Assembly (NCBI GenBank): GCA_049968335.1
Contig: JBMFQZ010000020.1
Span: 3,394-67,393 of the forward strand
Origin: Verrucomicrobiia bacterium
GTDB lineage: Bacteria; Verrucomicrobiota; Verrucomicrobiia; Limisphaerales; JAKPVM01
DNA: 64,000 bases
Reading direction: 5' to 3'
The notes below the pieces were generated by a model that was not told the origin of the DNA, did not search any database, and saw only the letters and a list, made by a program, of their open reading frames with translations. Shown one piece after another: positions 53,011 through 64,000 of this stretch. The stretch's first letter is position 1. Every line of letters starts with the position of its first letter. Made by a program: the position numbers and the translations under genes.

Positions 53011-53085
53011 CAAACATAGTCGCCCTTCTTTGTGTTTCTCTGCGCCTTCTGTGGTGTAAAGAAAAACCACAGAGATAAACAGGGC
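53011..53085 (-). repeat. Repeat family B (ACCACAGAG/ACACAGAG-type)
   Basis: Its reverse complement aligns with 57005-57074. Confidence 0.55.
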
Positions 53086-53199
53086 AATTTTAGTTTCCAC
53101 ATTACAACGTTCATCTCAAAAAGAGCATTCTATTTTTTCCGGTTTTAAAATCATTCGCCGATTTGAATGACTGTGGCTTGAAAAATAACATATCTACGT

Positions 53200-53215
53200 A
53201 TCAAGATAACTTGAT
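53200..53215. promoter_or_regulatory. Palindromic operator candidate upstream of metH
   Basis: Perfect ATCAAG-N4-CTTGAT, 46 bp before the ATG. Confidence 0.5.
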
Positions 53216-53261
53216 TTTTTGGCTAATTAAGTGCAACTTAATCATAAGTTAATTAAGTCAA

Positions 53262-56200
53262 ATGAATAAGTATAGAGTAAGCGATGTAAATAACAGGCTA
53301 AAGGAAATATTGTCCCGCCGCATAATGATACTTGACGGCGCGATGGGGACGATGATTCAGGCGCTTGGGCTGGAAGAGAGCGATTACAGGGGGGAACGGT
53401 TCAAGAATTGGCATCGGGATTTAAAAGGAAACAATGATTTGCTGAATTTAACAAAACCGGAAGCGATTAAGCAGATTCATTTAAAATATTTAGATGCCGG
53501 GGCGGATATAATTGAGACGAACACTTTTAATTCAAATCCGATTTCGCTTGCCGATTATGATATGGCAGACCTTGCTTATGAATTGAGCAAGGCGGGGGCT
53601 CAAATTGCTAAAAGCGTGGCTCGGGAGTTTATGCTGAAAAACCCCGGGCGTCTCTGTTTTGTTGCCGGTTCTATCGGTCCGACGAATAAGATGTTGTCAA
53701 TGTCGCCGGATGTTCAAAATCCGGCATATCGCGCGATTACATTTGACGCGCTTGCAGAGGCGTATTATCAGCAGGTATGCGGGCTGGTTGAAGGCGGGGC
53801 GGATATTCTGCTTGTTGAAACTATTTTTGACACATTAAACGCGAAGGCGGCGCTTTATGCGATAGAGCGATATGGGGAAGAAAAAGGGGAGAGACCGCCG
53901 GTAATGGTTTCATTTACGATTAGCGATCGGAGCGGGCGGTTGCTATCCGGGCAAACGGTTGAGGCGTTCTGGAATTCAATCTCGCACGTTGAATTGTTAT
54001 CTGTCGGGATAAACTGCGGGTTAGGTCCGCGCCAGATGCGGCAGTATGTTGAAGAACTTTCAAAAATAGCCTCTGTTTATGTAAGTTGTCATCCAAACGC
54101 TGGATTGCCGAACGCGTTTGGCGGATTTGACGAGACGCCGGAGCAGATGTCAGGAGAGATGGAAGAATTTGCGGCATCCGGATGGTTAAACATTGCCGGC
54201 GGATGCTGCGGTACTACACCGGCGCATATAAACGCGATAGCGATCAAGGTTAAAAAATATCCTCCGAGAAAGCCGCCGGTGATTGAACCCTGCCTCAGGC
54301 TGAGCGGTCTTGAAGCGCTTAATATTAGAAAAGGGATGAATTTTATAAACATCGGCGAACGAACGAATGTGGCTGGTTCACCAAAATTCGCAAAGCATAT
54401 CCTTGCTGGAGAATTTGAGGCGGCTTTGACTATTGCGCGTCAGCAGGTGGAAAACGGCGCTCAGGTAATTGATGTGAATATGGATGATGCGATGCTTGAC
54501 GGCGTGAAGGCGATGACGCATTTTTTGAACCTTGTCGCTTCAGAACCGGATATTGCAAAAGTGCCGGTGATGATTGATTCATCCAGATGGGATGTTATAG
54601 AGACCGGGCTAAAATGTTTGCAGGGGAAAGGGATTGTAAATTCTATTTCATTAAAAGAAGGGGAAGAAAAATTCATCCAGCAAGCAAAAAAAATTCGCAG
54701 GCTTGGCGCCGCAATAATCGTGATGGCTTTTGATGAAGAGGGACAGGCAACAAGTTTTGAAAGAAAGATTCAGGTATGCAAGCGGGCTTATGATATTCTG
54801 GTTAATCGGGTTGGCATCCCGCCGCAGGAGATAATATTTGACCCTAATGTGTTGACAATCGCCACCGGATTTGAAGAGCACAATAACTATGCTGTGGATT
54901 TTATAAACGCCACAAGATGGATAAAAGAAAACCTGCCCGGTTGCTATGTTAGCGCGGGGGTCAGCAATATATCGTTTAGTTTCAGAGGAAACAATGTTGT
55001 TCGCGAGGCGATGCATAGCGTCTTTTTATATCATGCGATAAAAGCCGGACTTGATATGGGGATTGTGAACGCCGGTATGCTTGCGGTTTATGAAGAGATT
55101 CCTCTTGAACTGCGAGAATTGGTTGAGGATGTGATTTTGAACCGGCGACCAGACGCAACAGAAAGACTTTTAAAATACGCCGATAAGGTTAAACATAAAA
55201 AAGGGGAAGAAAATGAAGAACTTGAATGGCGAAAATTGCCGGTTGAGCAACGGCTTGAACACTCGCTGGTAAAAGGGATTGCCGATTTTGTTGAGCAAGA
55301 TGTAATTGAAGCGCTTCAAAAATACAAACGCCCGCTTGATGTCATTGAAGGACCGCTGATGTCGGGGATGCGAGTTGTTGGAGACCTTTTTGGTTCTGGC
55401 AAGATGTTCCTTCCGCAAGTGGTCAAATCTGCCCGCGTAATGAAAAAGGCAGTTGCGGTATTGACTCCGTATCTTGAATCTGAAAAGAAATCAAACGGAG
55501 GTACACAGGGAAAAATATTGTTAGCGACCGTAAAAGGGGATGTCCACGACATCGGGAAAAATATTGTAGGCTCCGTGCTCTCCTGCAACAATTACGAGGT
55601 TGTTGACCTTGGAGTGATGGTCCCTTGCGAGAAAATTTTAGATTCCGCGCTTGAACACAAGGTTGACGCGATCGGGCTAAGCGGATTGATAACTCCTTCG
55701 CTGGACGAGATGGTGCACGTTGCCAGAGAAATGGAAAAACGGGGCTTAAAATTGCCTCTGCTTATCGGCGGCGCCACAACAAGCAAAGTCCATACCGCGG
55801 TAAAAATCGCCCCGTCATACAGCAGCCCGGTTGTTTACGTTCCAGACGCTTCCCGAGCAGCCCCGGTTATGGGTAACCTGTTGAACCCGCAAGCCTGCAA
55901 GGCTTTTGCTGAACAAATCCGCGCCGACTATGAGAAACTCAGACAGCAATATCAGGCGGCTTCAATAAAATTAATCAGTATTGAAGAATCAAGGCGACGC
56001 AAACCGGCTCTTGATTTCTCAGATATCCCTGAGCCTGAATTTATTGGCATACGAAAATTATCCACAGACCCCACCGATGGAGAAAATGGCGCAATTATTA
56101 TTTCGCTGAAAGATCTAATCCCTTACATTGATTGGTCCCCGTTTTTCCATACATGGGAATTGCGCGGCAGATACCCGTCTATTTTTAAAAATGAAAAATA

Positions 56201-56978
56201 TGGAGAACAGGCGAAAAAATTATACGACGACGCCATTAAATATTTAGAAAAGATAGTAAATGAAAACCTGTTTGTCGCAAAAGGGGTATATGGACTGTTC
56301 CCGGCAAACTCTGTAGGGGACGACGTTGAGGTTTACAGCGATAAATCGCGTTCGCGGCTGTTGTGCAAATTTTGCTTTTTGCGTCAACAATCAGATAAAC
56401 CTGCTGGACAATTCAATCTCTGTCTTGCCGATTTTATAGCGCCAAAAGAGAGCGGATTGATTGACTACATTGGCGCGTTTGCGGTCACAAGCGGGCATAA
56501 GGTCAAAGAACTCGTCCAGCAGTTGCAAAAAGAGAATGAGGATTATCTTGCAATTATGACTGAGGCACTTGCCGATAGATTAGCCGAGGCGTTTGCCGAG
56601 TATTTGCATAAACGGGTTCGTGTTGAATGGGGGTATGGTAAGGATGAAAACCTGACATACGAGGAACTCATAGCCGAAAAATATCGCGGCATAAGACCTG
56701 CAGCCGGTTACCCGGCGTGTCCAGACCATTCAGAAAAACTAACCCTCTGGTCTTTGCTTGAAGCGGAGAAAAACGCCGGCATACGGCTTACATCCAGTTG
56801 CGCTATGATACCGGCGAGCAGCGTAAGCGGGCTTTATTTTGCGCATCCGCAGGCAAAATATTTTGCTGTTGGAAAGATAGGACGCGACCAGTTGCTTGAT
56901 TACCAGAAACGAAAAGGTCTGCCGCTGGCTGAAATTGAAAAATGGCTCGCGCCAGTTATAGCTAATGAAGAATCTTAA
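53262..56978 (+). CDS. metH: Cobalamin-dependent methionine synthase
   Basis: [23 protein letters not shown]12-binding motif [11 protein letters not shown]...SGL and the C-terminal activation domain ([11 protein letters not shown]). Confidence 0.97.
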   Translation: MNKYRVSDVNNRLKEILSRRIMILDGAMGTMIQALGLEESDYRGERFKNWHRDLKGNNDLLNLTKPEAIKQIHLKYLDAGADIIETNTFNSNPISLADYDMADLAYELSKAGAQIAKSVAREFMLKNPGRLCFVAGSIGPTNKMLSMSPDVQNPAYRAITFDALAEAYYQQVCGLVEGGADILLVETIFDTLNAKAALYAIERYGEEKGERPPVMVSFTISDRSGRLLSGQTVEAFWNSISHVELLSVGINCGLGPRQMRQYVEELSKIASVYVSCHPNAGLPNAFGGFDETPEQMSGEMEEFAASGWLNIAGGCCGTTPAHINAIAIKVKKYPPRKPPVIEPCLRLSGLEALNIRKGMNFINIGERTNVAGSPKFAKHILAGEFEAALTIARQQVENGAQVIDVNMDDAMLDGVKAMTHFLNLVASEPDIAKVPVMIDSSRWDVIETGLKCLQGKGIVNSISLKEGEEKFIQQAKKIRRLGAAIIVMAFDEEGQATSFERKIQVCKRAYDILVNRVGIPPQEIIFDPNVLTIATGFEEHNNYAVDFINATRWIKENLPGCYVSAGVSNISFSFRGNNVVREAMHSVFLYHAIKAGLDMGIVNAGMLAVYEEIPLELRELVEDVILNRRPDATERLLKYADKVKHKKGEENEELEWRKLPVEQRLEHSLVKGIADFVEQDVIEALQKYKRPLDVIEGPLMSGMRVVGDLFGSGKMFLPQVVKSARVMKKAVAVLTPYLESEKKSNGGTQGKILLATVKGDVHDIGKNIVGSVLSCNNYEVVDLGVMVPCEKILDSALEHKVDAIGLSGLITPSLDEMVHVAREMEKRGLKLPLLIGGATTSKVHTAVKIAPSYSSPVVYVPDASRAAPVMGNLLNPQACKAFAEQIRADYEKLRQQYQAASIKLISIEESRRRKPALDFSDIPEPEFIGIRKLSTDPTDGENGAIIISLKDLIPYIDWSPFFHTWELRGRYPSIFKNEKYGEQAKKLYDDAIKYLEKIVNENLFVAKGVYGLFPANSVGDDVEVYSDKSRSRLLCKFCFLRQQSDKPAGQFNLCLADFIAPKESGLIDYIGAFAVTSGHKVKELVQQLQKENEDYLAIMTEALADRLAEAFAEYLHKRVRVEWGYGKDENLTYEELIAEKYRGIRPAAGYPACPDHSEKLTLWSLLEAEKNAGIRLTSSCAMIPASSVSGLYFAHPQAKYFAVGKIGRDQLLDYQKRKGLPLAEIEKWLAPVIANEES

Positions 56979-57004
56979 AATAGCTAAACTGCTGTAGGGG
57001 TTTC

Positions 57005-57074
57005 AGTCTGTTTCTCTTTGATTTATTTAACCATAAAGGACACAGAAGAATACAGAGAAGGGTTACTATATTTG
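57005..57074 (+). repeat. Repeat family B copy
   Basis: ...TTAACCATAAAGGACACAGAAGAATACAGAGAAGGGTTACTATATTTG; inverted relative to 53011-53085. Confidence 0.55.
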
Positions 57075-57305
57075 CCATTTTCAGGGCCTCTTCTAACCAG
57101 TGAATTTTTGGATATAAAATACTTTCACAAATTCAACTTCACCTAAAAGCGCTTTTTTCCTGCAATGCCACTGGTTTGAAATGTTTTATAAATTCTATAA
57201 TTGTTTTTTAAATTCTTTCGTATAATATTATATTAATTGATAGTTTGATAAGTCGTTGAAAGAGCAAACCCGACTGCGTTGTGTTTGCGCGTTGGTTGAT
57301 GGGAA

Positions 57306-58151
57306 ATGACTGCTGTATTAACACCTGAAGAAGAGGCTCAGCTGCAAACGACCATAGAGATGTTTGAGGTCATTGTGCAGTCGCAGCCAAACGACTATCA
57401 ATCCTGGGAAATTTTAAAAGAGGCGTATTCCAAACTCGGCAGAGAAAAAGAAGCGCTTAACGCGTCAAAAAGAATTGCCGAAGCCTATATTCAACTGGGT
57501 CAATTTTCTTCTGCGATTCTTGAATATGAAACAATATTGCAACGGTATCCGGACGACCCGGATGTGAGAAAAGCGCTTGAGCAAATTGAACGGCGCGCCT
57601 CTTCAACGCTTGAGCAACTGCCGCAGCCAGCGATAAGTTCGGGCTATGTTGAAAAGACTCCGCCAGGAGTTAGCGGATTAACAGAAAAGGAAGTTCAATT
57701 AGATGACGGCAGACCGGCAATGTATAAGTTGTTTGTTGAATCCAAATTAATTTCGCCGGGCGATTTTGAACTATGCTGGCCTGTTGTGGATTTGCGGCAT
57801 CCGCCGCAATCGGTGAATGAGCCATTTATCCAGGCGCTTGCAGATAAAAATATTGCCCCTGTTGAAAAATCTCTCTCTGTGTTGTGCGAAAAAACTCGTT
57901 ATGCATATATCCCGCTTGAGCGATATGATGTTGATGTGGAACTCGCCCGTTCGTTTCCTAAAGAGACCTGCCTCCGTTGGTGTGTATTGCCGTTTGATAA
58001 AATGAGCAAGTCAGTTATGGTCGGGACCACAAATCCTTTTAACGCGCAGGCGTTAAGAGAATTATCAAACGCAACTTCTTGCCGGATTGTGTGGTATATC
58101 GCCCCGCCACAGGATTTGATAAAATTGATTAAGAAAATCTTTCGTGTTTAA
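57306..58151 (+). CDS. TPR + GspE/PilB N-terminal-like domain protein, no ATPase
   Basis: N-terminal TPR helices; C-terminal P.E.C.R..VLPFD......V...NPFN motif. Confidence 0.7.
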   Translation: MTAVLTPEEEAQLQTTIEMFEVIVQSQPNDYQSWEILKEAYSKLGREKEALNASKRIAEAYIQLGQFSSAILEYETILQRYPDDPDVRKALEQIERRASSTLEQLPQPAISSGYVEKTPPGVSGLTEKEVQLDDGRPAMYKLFVESKLISPGDFELCWPVVDLRHPPQSVNEPFIQALADKNIAPVEKSLSVLCEKTRYAYIPLERYDVDVELARSFPKETCLRWCVLPFDKMSKSVMVGTTNPFNAQALRELSNATSCRIVWYIAPPQDLIKLIKKIFRV

Positions 58152-58157
58152 CCAGAT

Positions 58158-59900
58158 ATGGCGCAAATAAAGTCATTCGGCGAACGCATAGCCGAAGCGA
58201 TGGTTGAGGACGGCTTGCTGACACAGTCGCAAGTTGAAGAGTTGATTCTTCTTCAGAAAAAAGAGAACAAACGGTTTCTGAATTTAGTTATAGAAAAGGC
58301 GCTTGTGACTGATGTTGACCTTGCCGTATCTATGGGAAGGGTGCTCAACACGCCGCCGGTGAATCTGGCAAAAATTGCAATTCCGCAAGAAGTCTCGTCA
58401 TTGCTCCCGAAAGAAATGGCTTTGAACCATAAAGTGCTGCCGGTTTCACGAATTGGAAATAAACTCTATTTAGCAATGGCTGACCCGCTGAATGTGCTTG
58501 CGCTCGACGATATAAAACGGGTCACAAAACTTGAAATCCAACCGATGATCGCCCCGGAAAAGGCGATTGTGGATAAGATAAACAATCTTGACGCCGGACC
58601 TGCAACTTCAATATCACAAATTATTGATGAAGCCGATAAAGCCGCGCGGGAGCAAAAGGCGGAAGAAGAAGAGATAGAGATCGCAAAGGAGACTCAAGAA
58701 GAGGTTAACCTTGATCAATTAATTGCCTCCGGAGAAGAAGCGCCTGTTATAAAACTCGCAAACGTTATTCTCGTTCAGGCTATCAAAGACAGAGCAAGCG
58801 ATATTCATATTGAGCCGTTTGAAAAAACGATGCGTCTGCGCTACCGCATTGATGGCGTCCTTGTTGATATGCCGCCCCCGCCAAAGAGTATGCAGGTCGC
58901 CCTTACTTCAAGAATAAAAATAATGGCTAACCTTGATATTGCCGAGAGAAGATTGCCCCAGGATGGCAGGATGCGGGTCAGAGTTGCCGGCAAAGATATT
59001 GACCTGCGCGTCTCATTCCTGCCTACCGTTCACGGCGAAAAATGCGTAATGCGTATCCTTGATAAAAGCAATCTTTCGGCAAGTTTAGACAAACTCGGAA
59101 TGGACCCCGACAGTTTTAAACGATTTAAAGCCGCGATTGACGCGCCGCACGGTCTCATCCTCGTCACCGGACCCACCGGTTCTGGAAAAACCACAACACT
59201 ATACTCCGCGCTGAATGAATTAAACAACCCGGAATACAACATTATCACAGTTGAAGACCCGGTGGAATTTCAAATCCCAGGGATTAATCAAGTCCCGGTT
59301 AGAAAAGAGATCGGGCTAACATTCGCGTCGGCGCTGCGCGCTATTTTGCGGCAGGACCCCGATATTATAATGATCGGAGAAATCCGCGACGAAGAGACCG
59401 CAGAAATCGCGGTTGAAGCGGCGCTAACCGGGCATCAAGTTCTCAGCACTATGCATTGCAACGACGCCCCCGGCGCGATCGCGCGGCTTGATGATATGGG
59501 AATTGCGCCATTCTTGATCTCTTCATCTGTCATACTTTCTTGCGCGCAACGATTGATGCGAAAAATCTGTCCCTCTTGCAAAGAGCCGGTCTCTTACCCT
59601 GCAAAAATGTATGAAGACCTTGATATTGACCCGAAGATGTTTGATGGAGTGACCCTTTATCGGGGACGCGGTTGCGAACGTTGCAAAAACACCGGTTATT
59701 CCGGACGCGTCGCTATAATTGAAATTATGACGGTTACCGATGAGATTCGCAAATTAGTCATCAAACGCGCCGGGTCAATGGAGATTGGCAAAGTCGCAAT
59801 AGAACAGGGAATGCGAACATTAAGAATGGTCGCCCTGGATAAAGCCCGCCAAGGCATCTCCACGCTTGAACAGGTCTTGATCGTTACACCATCGCATTAA
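58158..59900 (+). CDS. Type IV pilus/T2SS assembly ATPase (PilB/GspE family)
   Basis: ASDIHIEP, RYRIDG, RLPQDG, GPTGSGKTT, TVEDPVE, LRQDPD...GEIRD and a tetracysteine Zn motif. Confidence 0.93.
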   Translation: MAQIKSFGERIAEAMVEDGLLTQSQVEELILLQKKENKRFLNLVIEKALVTDVDLAVSMGRVLNTPPVNLAKIAIPQEVSSLLPKEMALNHKVLPVSRIGNKLYLAMADPLNVLALDDIKRVTKLEIQPMIAPEKAIVDKINNLDAGPATSISQIIDEADKAAREQKAEEEEIEIAKETQEEVNLDQLIASGEEAPVIKLANVILVQAIKDRASDIHIEPFEKTMRLRYRIDGVLVDMPPPPKSMQVALTSRIKIMANLDIAERRLPQDGRMRVRVAGKDIDLRVSFLPTVHGEKCVMRILDKSNLSASLDKLGMDPDSFKRFKAAIDAPHGLILVTGPTGSGKTTTLYSALNELNNPEYNIITVEDPVEFQIPGINQVPVRKEIGLTFASALRAILRQDPDIIMIGEIRDEETAEIAVEAALTGHQVLSTMHCNDAPGAIARLDDMGIAPFLISSSVILSCAQRLMRKICPSCKEPVSYPAKMYEDLDIDPKMFDGVTLYRGRGCERCKNTGYSGRVAIIEIMTVTDEIRKLVIKRAGSMEIGKVAIEQGMRTLRMVALDKARQGISTLEQVLIVTPSH

Positions 59901-59980
59901 TCTGGACTGTCAGTTTATAAATTGATTCTGGCTTATTAAGAATGTTCTCGCTGTATGTTTGGGTTAATCCAAAAATGTTT

Positions 59981-60418
59981 TCACTTTGCCTTTTCCCATT
60001 CTTCAATTCCCCCTTTTACAAGTTTAAAAATCGGATTTGGCTCAATGGTTGATGACGGACAATTAGAAATCTCGCGGAATTTGTTTATGTCTCGGATTTT
60101 GAGTTTTCTTTTTAGATGTTCAAATTCATATCTGATCTGACCGCCCGTGACCGTTATTAGCCCGACATCTTTTAACATAACAATCTTTTTTTCATCAAAA
60201 GAATAGCCGCGGCTAACCGCTTCTAAATAGACATAGGAAAGAAAACTGTTTATTGCTCTCAAAGGGTCTATGCTCTTTTTAAATCTGATCAGTTGAGGAT
60301 GGTTTCTATAACCGACGGTCTTCCCTTCAAGCGCCTTTTTTGCCAGAAGTCCTTCGCGCCACAGAGCGACAAGCCCTTTAGCGTCTAAATATTTCGGATT
60401 CAGCGACCAGAGTCTCAT
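59981..60418 (-). CDS. Pyrimidine-dimer DNA glycosylase (T4 DenV-like) family protein
   Basis: MRLWS..P.YLD.KGL.ALWRE.LLA, GY.NHPQL.RF and EA..RGY.F motifs. Confidence 0.85.
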   Translation of the reverse strand: MRLWSLNPKYLDAKGLVALWREGLLAKKALEGKTVGYRNHPQLIRFKKSIDPLRAINSFLSYVYLEAVSRGYSFDEKKIVMLKDVGLITVTGGQIRYEFEHLKRKLKIRDINKFREISNCPSSTIEPNPIFKLVKGGIEEWEKAK

Positions 60419-60457
60419 TGTTCAATTTTGCTCAGGCTTTATAACGTCGTTTCTATC

Positions 60458-62365
60458 TCACCCTGCATATTTAAAGTAGAGCGCGCTTAACGGGGGGAGC
60501 GTTATGAGGATTGAGTCTTTTTTAAAGTGCCACCCCATTGATTGAGTTGGAACGCCGCCAAAATTTCCGTGTCCACTGCCGCCATAGACCTGTCCATCGC
60601 TATTGAGGATTTCTCTCCACCACCCTGATGCAGGCGCGCCAATCCTGTAGTTGTAGCGCGGAACCGGAGTAAAATTAAACACCGCAAGTATGAGCTGAGA
60701 GCCATCGGCGCTTTTTCTTAAAAAACTGAGCGTGCTATTTTCCGAATCGTTGCAATCAATCCATTCAAAACCCTCTGGCGAGTTATCGGTTTCATAAAGC
60801 GCCGGTTCGGATTTGTAAAGTTTGTTCAGGTCAGCAACCCATTTCTGGAGACCGTCGTGAAAATTTCCGGGCTGGACTAAATGCCAGTCAAGTGATTTTT
60901 CGTGATTCCATTCGTCCCATTGACCAAACTCATTTCCCATAAACAACAATTTTTTCCCAGGCAACGCGAACTGGTAACCGTAGAGGGCGCGAAGGTTTGC
61001 GAATTTCTGCCAGTCATCTCCGGGCATTTTTCTAATCATTGAACCTTTTCCGTAAACCACTTCATCGTGCGAAAGAGAGAGGACAAAATTCTCGCTAAAA
61101 GCGTACATACCGCGAAAAGTCAAGTCGTTATGATGATATTTTCTAAAAATCGGGTCTTTTGAAAAATAGCGCAGAGTGTCGTGCATCCAGCCCATATCCC
61201 ATTTAAAACCGAAGCCAAGTCCGCCGATATAAGTTGGTCTTGAAACCATAGGCCAGGCGGTAGATTCTTCGGCAATCGTCTGGGTGTCTGGAAAGTGTTG
61301 ATAAACCGCCGTGTTGAACTGTCTTAAAAATTCAATCGCTTCAAGGTTCTCCCTTCCGCCATAGATATTTGGAATCCATTGTCCCGGGCGACGCGAGTAA
61401 TCAAGATAAAGCATAGAGGCGACCGCGTCCACTCGCAGACCGTCGATGTGATATTTATCCAGCCAGAAAAAGGCGCTGCTAATTAAGAAGCTTTTAACCT
61501 CGTATCTGCCGTAATTGAAAATATAACTGTTCCAGTCCGGGTGAAATCCCTTGCGCATATCCGCGTGTTCATAAAGGTGGGTGCCGTCAAAATAGACAAG
61601 ACCGTGTTCATCGCAGGGGAAGTGAGAGGGGACCCAGTCAATTATCACACCAATGCCGTTCTGGTGGAGGCAATCTATGAGATACATAAAATCTTGCGGG
61701 GTGCCATACCGGCTTGTCGGGGCAAAATATCCTGTGATTTGATATCCCCACGAACCGTAGAATGGATGCTCCATTACCGGCAAAAATTCCACGTGGGTAA
61801 AGCCCATCTTTTTAACATATTCAACCAATTTTTCGGCAAGCATTGCATAGCGCGGATATTTCGTTTCTCTTCCCTGTTCGCGCATCCACGAACCAAGATG
61901 AACCTCATAAATTGATATAGGTCTGTTGTGGCGGTTGTTCTCTTTTCTCTTCTCCATCCAGACCTTGTCGCCCCAGTTATAACTCAAATCCCAGACAATC
62001 GATGCTGTGGCTGGCGGGGTTTCCTGCAAAAAACCAAACGGGTCGGCTTTGTCAACAGAATAGTTATGGAACTTTGATTGAATGTGAAATTTATAACGAT
62101 TCCCGATCGCAACCCCCGGGATAAACCCTTCCCATATTCCGGAATGACCGCGCGGTTTTAGAGGGTTTTTATTCTTGTCCCAGTTGTTAAAATCTCCAAT
62201 GACACTTACCGATTTTGCGTTTGGCGCCCAGGTTGCAAAATAAACGCCGTGAACCCCCGATTTGTCAACGAGCGGATGCGCCCCGAGTTTATTATAAAGA
62301 TAATAATGCGTTCCCTCGTTGAACCAGTGCAAATCATCTGAACTTAATAATGTAATCTCACGCAT
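60458..62365 (-). CDS. glgB: 1,4-alpha-glucan branching enzyme (short form)
   Basis: [40 protein letters not shown] and SHDEVV motifs. Confidence 0.96.
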   Translation of the reverse strand: MREITLLSSDDLHWFNEGTHYYLYNKLGAHPLVDKSGVHGVYFATWAPNAKSVSVIGDFNNWDKNKNPLKPRGHSGIWEGFIPGVAIGNRYKFHIQSKFHNYSVDKADPFGFLQETPPATASIVWDLSYNWGDKVWMEKRKENNRHNRPISIYEVHLGSWMREQGRETKYPRYAMLAEKLVEYVKKMGFTHVEFLPVMEHPFYGSWGYQITGYFAPTSRYGTPQDFMYLIDCLHQNGIGVIIDWVPSHFPCDEHGLVYFDGTHLYEHADMRKGFHPDWNSYIFNYGRYEVKSFLISSAFFWLDKYHIDGLRVDAVASMLYLDYSRRPGQWIPNIYGGRENLEAIEFLRQFNTAVYQHFPDTQTIAEESTAWPMVSRPTYIGGLGFGFKWDMGWMHDTLRYFSKDPIFRKYHHNDLTFRGMYAFSENFVLSLSHDEVVYGKGSMIRKMPGDDWQKFANLRALYGYQFALPGKKLLFMGNEFGQWDEWNHEKSLDWHLVQPGNFHDGLQKWVADLNKLYKSEPALYETDNSPEGFEWIDCNDSENSTLSFLRKSADGSQLILAVFNFTPVPRYNYRIGAPASGWWREILNSDGQVYGGSGHGNFGGVPTQSMGWHFKKDSILITLPPLSALYFKYAG

Positions 62366-62465
62366 TATATAAATCGTGAACAAGATTGCGTAAGTTGCAA
62401 GAGTTTTATTTGATGAAAACCTGAATCCCTAACCATTAGGATTTTATGGAAATGCGCATTTTTAA

Positions 62466-62720
62466 ATAAAACAATAACAAAGAAATAATACCAGAAGTAA
62501 GAAAATAACTTGGTTCTGGATTAAGAAAGAAGATTCGTTTTGATTTGGTATCTATTTTCAAGGTTAGTTATCTAATAACATCCACATAGCGGCGGCGCCG
62601 TTGCTACGCAACTTTGCCGCTCGCACTCCATAAGAAATTCGCCACCGCATATCAACAGCCATTTTTTATTGTGCAGTAATCCCGCGTCGCAGGACGGCGG
62701 CGTTGTTGCGCACTCCAAAA
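62466..62720. repeat. Composite REP/REPIN-like element
   Basis: Near-duplicate of 48561-48669 with a ~22-bp insertion, followed by GCGGCG...GCACTCCA units. Confidence 0.65.
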
Positions 62721-62872
62721 ATGTTTACTCCTTTCAGGGGTTAATTTTTCCCGGAAGGATCAGCACTGAGGGTTTTAATATATGAAAATATGATTAAATT
62801 TGCATATATATGTCTTTATGTGCTATATTTTTCCGTTTTTAATTTTGGATATTTAGGTTAAATTATACGGAA

Positions 62873-63937
62873 ATGCATAATATCTTGTTGATAGTTTTAG
62901 GATTGAGCATTTTTGCGGCTGGCTGCAAAAAGGAAGAGGTAAAGGTTTACCAGATTCCGAAGGAATCAGCGCCTGTTGCAATGCCGCATCAAAGCGCCCC
63001 CGAGTGGAAAGTTACTGGAACAACTCCGTCAAACTGGGAGCAAAGGGCATCGTCTGGTATGCGCGTGGCGCAATACTGGGTAAAAGGAAAGGATGGCTCG
63101 CAGGGGGAGGTTGTTGTAATGCCAATGGCGGGGATGAAGGCTTCAAAGGATGAAATTCTTGCGATCTGGCGACAGCAGTTCGGTCCGAATGTTAAGGAAA
63201 GTTCGCAAAAGATTAAGATCGGCGGCGATGAGGGCGAACTGCATGATTTTTCAAGCGACCAGCCAAAGGGAAGCGATATTCCCGAGCGCATCCTTGTGGC
63301 TATGCTTTTCAAAGACAACGTTAACTGGTTTTTCCGTATTTCCGGCAGCAAGGCGCTTGTTGAGGAGTCCAAAAACGATTTCATAGCCTACTTAAACTCG
63401 GTTAAAATGGAGCAATCCGCTTCTGATAAACCGTCTGAAACTCAGGTTAATCCGCATCAAACTCAAAGTAACCCACATCAACAAATGCAGACGGCTCAAA
63501 ACGCGTCGCAACCACAGCCGATGCCTATTGAACTGCCTGTTCCTGGCGATTGGAAACAATTGCCGCCAACGCCAATGGCGCCTTTGAGATACGAGGTCGC
63601 AAGCGGCAACGCAACCGCTCTGGTTACAATCACGCGGCTTGATGGCGAGGGGGGCGGCGTTTTGCCGAACATTAACCGGTGGCGCGGACAGATTAAACTC
63701 CCGCCAGTTTCTCAGTCCGATCTTGATAAGCAAATCTCAAAAATAAAGACCACAATTGGCGAGGCGTTTGTGGTTGATTTCAGCGGTTCAAACGCGTCAA
63801 ATGAACCAACACGGATGGTTGGCATAATCGTCCCTGCAGGAAGTTATACATGGTTTTTTAAAATGACCGGACAGGACGGCGCGGTGAATGCGCATAAAGA
63901 TGGCTTAATCAAATTTGTTCAATCATTTAAATTCTAA
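62873..63937 (+). CDS. Lipoprotein with an internally duplicated domain
   Basis: Lipobox AAGC; two P..W...WFF(R/K)..G....V....F..S.K modules separated by an NPH/Gln-rich linker. Confidence 0.7.
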   Translation: MHNILLIVLGLSIFAAGCKKEEVKVYQIPKESAPVAMPHQSAPEWKVTGTTPSNWEQRASSGMRVAQYWVKGKDGSQGEVVVMPMAGMKASKDEILAIWRQQFGPNVKESSQKIKIGGDEGELHDFSSDQPKGSDIPERILVAMLFKDNVNWFFRISGSKALVEESKNDFIAYLNSVKMEQSASDKPSETQVNPHQTQSNPHQQMQTAQNASQPQPMPIELPVPGDWKQLPPTPMAPLRYEVASGNATALVTITRLDGEGGGVLPNINRWRGQIKLPPVSQSDLDKQISKIKTTIGEAFVVDFSGSNASNEPTRMVGIIVPAGSYTWFFKMTGQDGAVNAHKDGLIKFVQSFKF

Positions 63938-63948
63938 CGGGTAAGAAG

Positions 63949-64000
63949 ATGTTGCTTGATAAATTAATTAATTTTCTAACGTCAATACGGCTCACGGTCG
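63949..64000 (+). CDS. 5' fragment of a probable membrane protein (ResB/cytochrome c biogenesis-like N-terminus)
   Basis: MLLDKLINFLTSIRLTV runs off the window; the F.S.RLTV pattern resembles ResB-like N-termini. Confidence 0.4.
   Translation, partial: MLLDKLINFLTSIRLTV

Noticed and set aside
52814..53059. Short ORFs upstream of the tail-fibre-like gene
   Set aside because: They overlap REP-like repeats and have no recognisable motifs.
57255..57300. Possible c-di-GMP-I riboswitch (GAAAGAGCAAACC) before the pilus genes
   Set aside because: It lacks the GNRA-capped P2 and the downstream GACGCAAAGC element; only a simple hairpin is present.

Overview
Bacterial chromosomal window, probably from a Verrucomicrobiota/PVC organism. 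That placement is my inference from the prepilin H-X9-DG-type protein, the YdjY plus secreted prenyltransferase-repeat pair, a sulfatase and several Tat-exported enzymes. Most of the window is housekeeping and carbohydrate metabolism (hpt, trmB, parB, def, sdaA, fba, an rbs-like ABC operon, GH127, GH116, a double CE1 esterase, metH, a PilB-like ATPase, glgB). The centrepiece is an intact-looking type II-C CRISPR-Cas9 locus: cas9 (1119 aa), cas1 and cas2 on the minus strand, a tracrRNA at about 44358-44479 and an array of 67 identical repeats with 66 spacers (35301-39688). Each repeat contains a sigma70-like -35/-10 pair, the repeat:anti-repeat duplex has no bulge, and the predicted cas9 and tracrRNA promoters are interleaved. 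The spacers are informative in three ways: two pairs hit the same site in synonymous variants of an invader (one pair encodes a Zot/pI-like Walker A, suggesting filamentous phage), strong hairpins and palindromes look over-represented, and there is a C>G strand skew. Other notable items are an orphan phage-derived gene pair (a tail-fibre-like protein with a signal peptide plus a gp6-like connector), a REP/REPIN-like intergenic repeat family, a near-consensus sigma28 promoter before an orphan chemoreceptor and an unannotated 41-aa lipoprotein. All calls come from reading motifs by eye; no searches were run.
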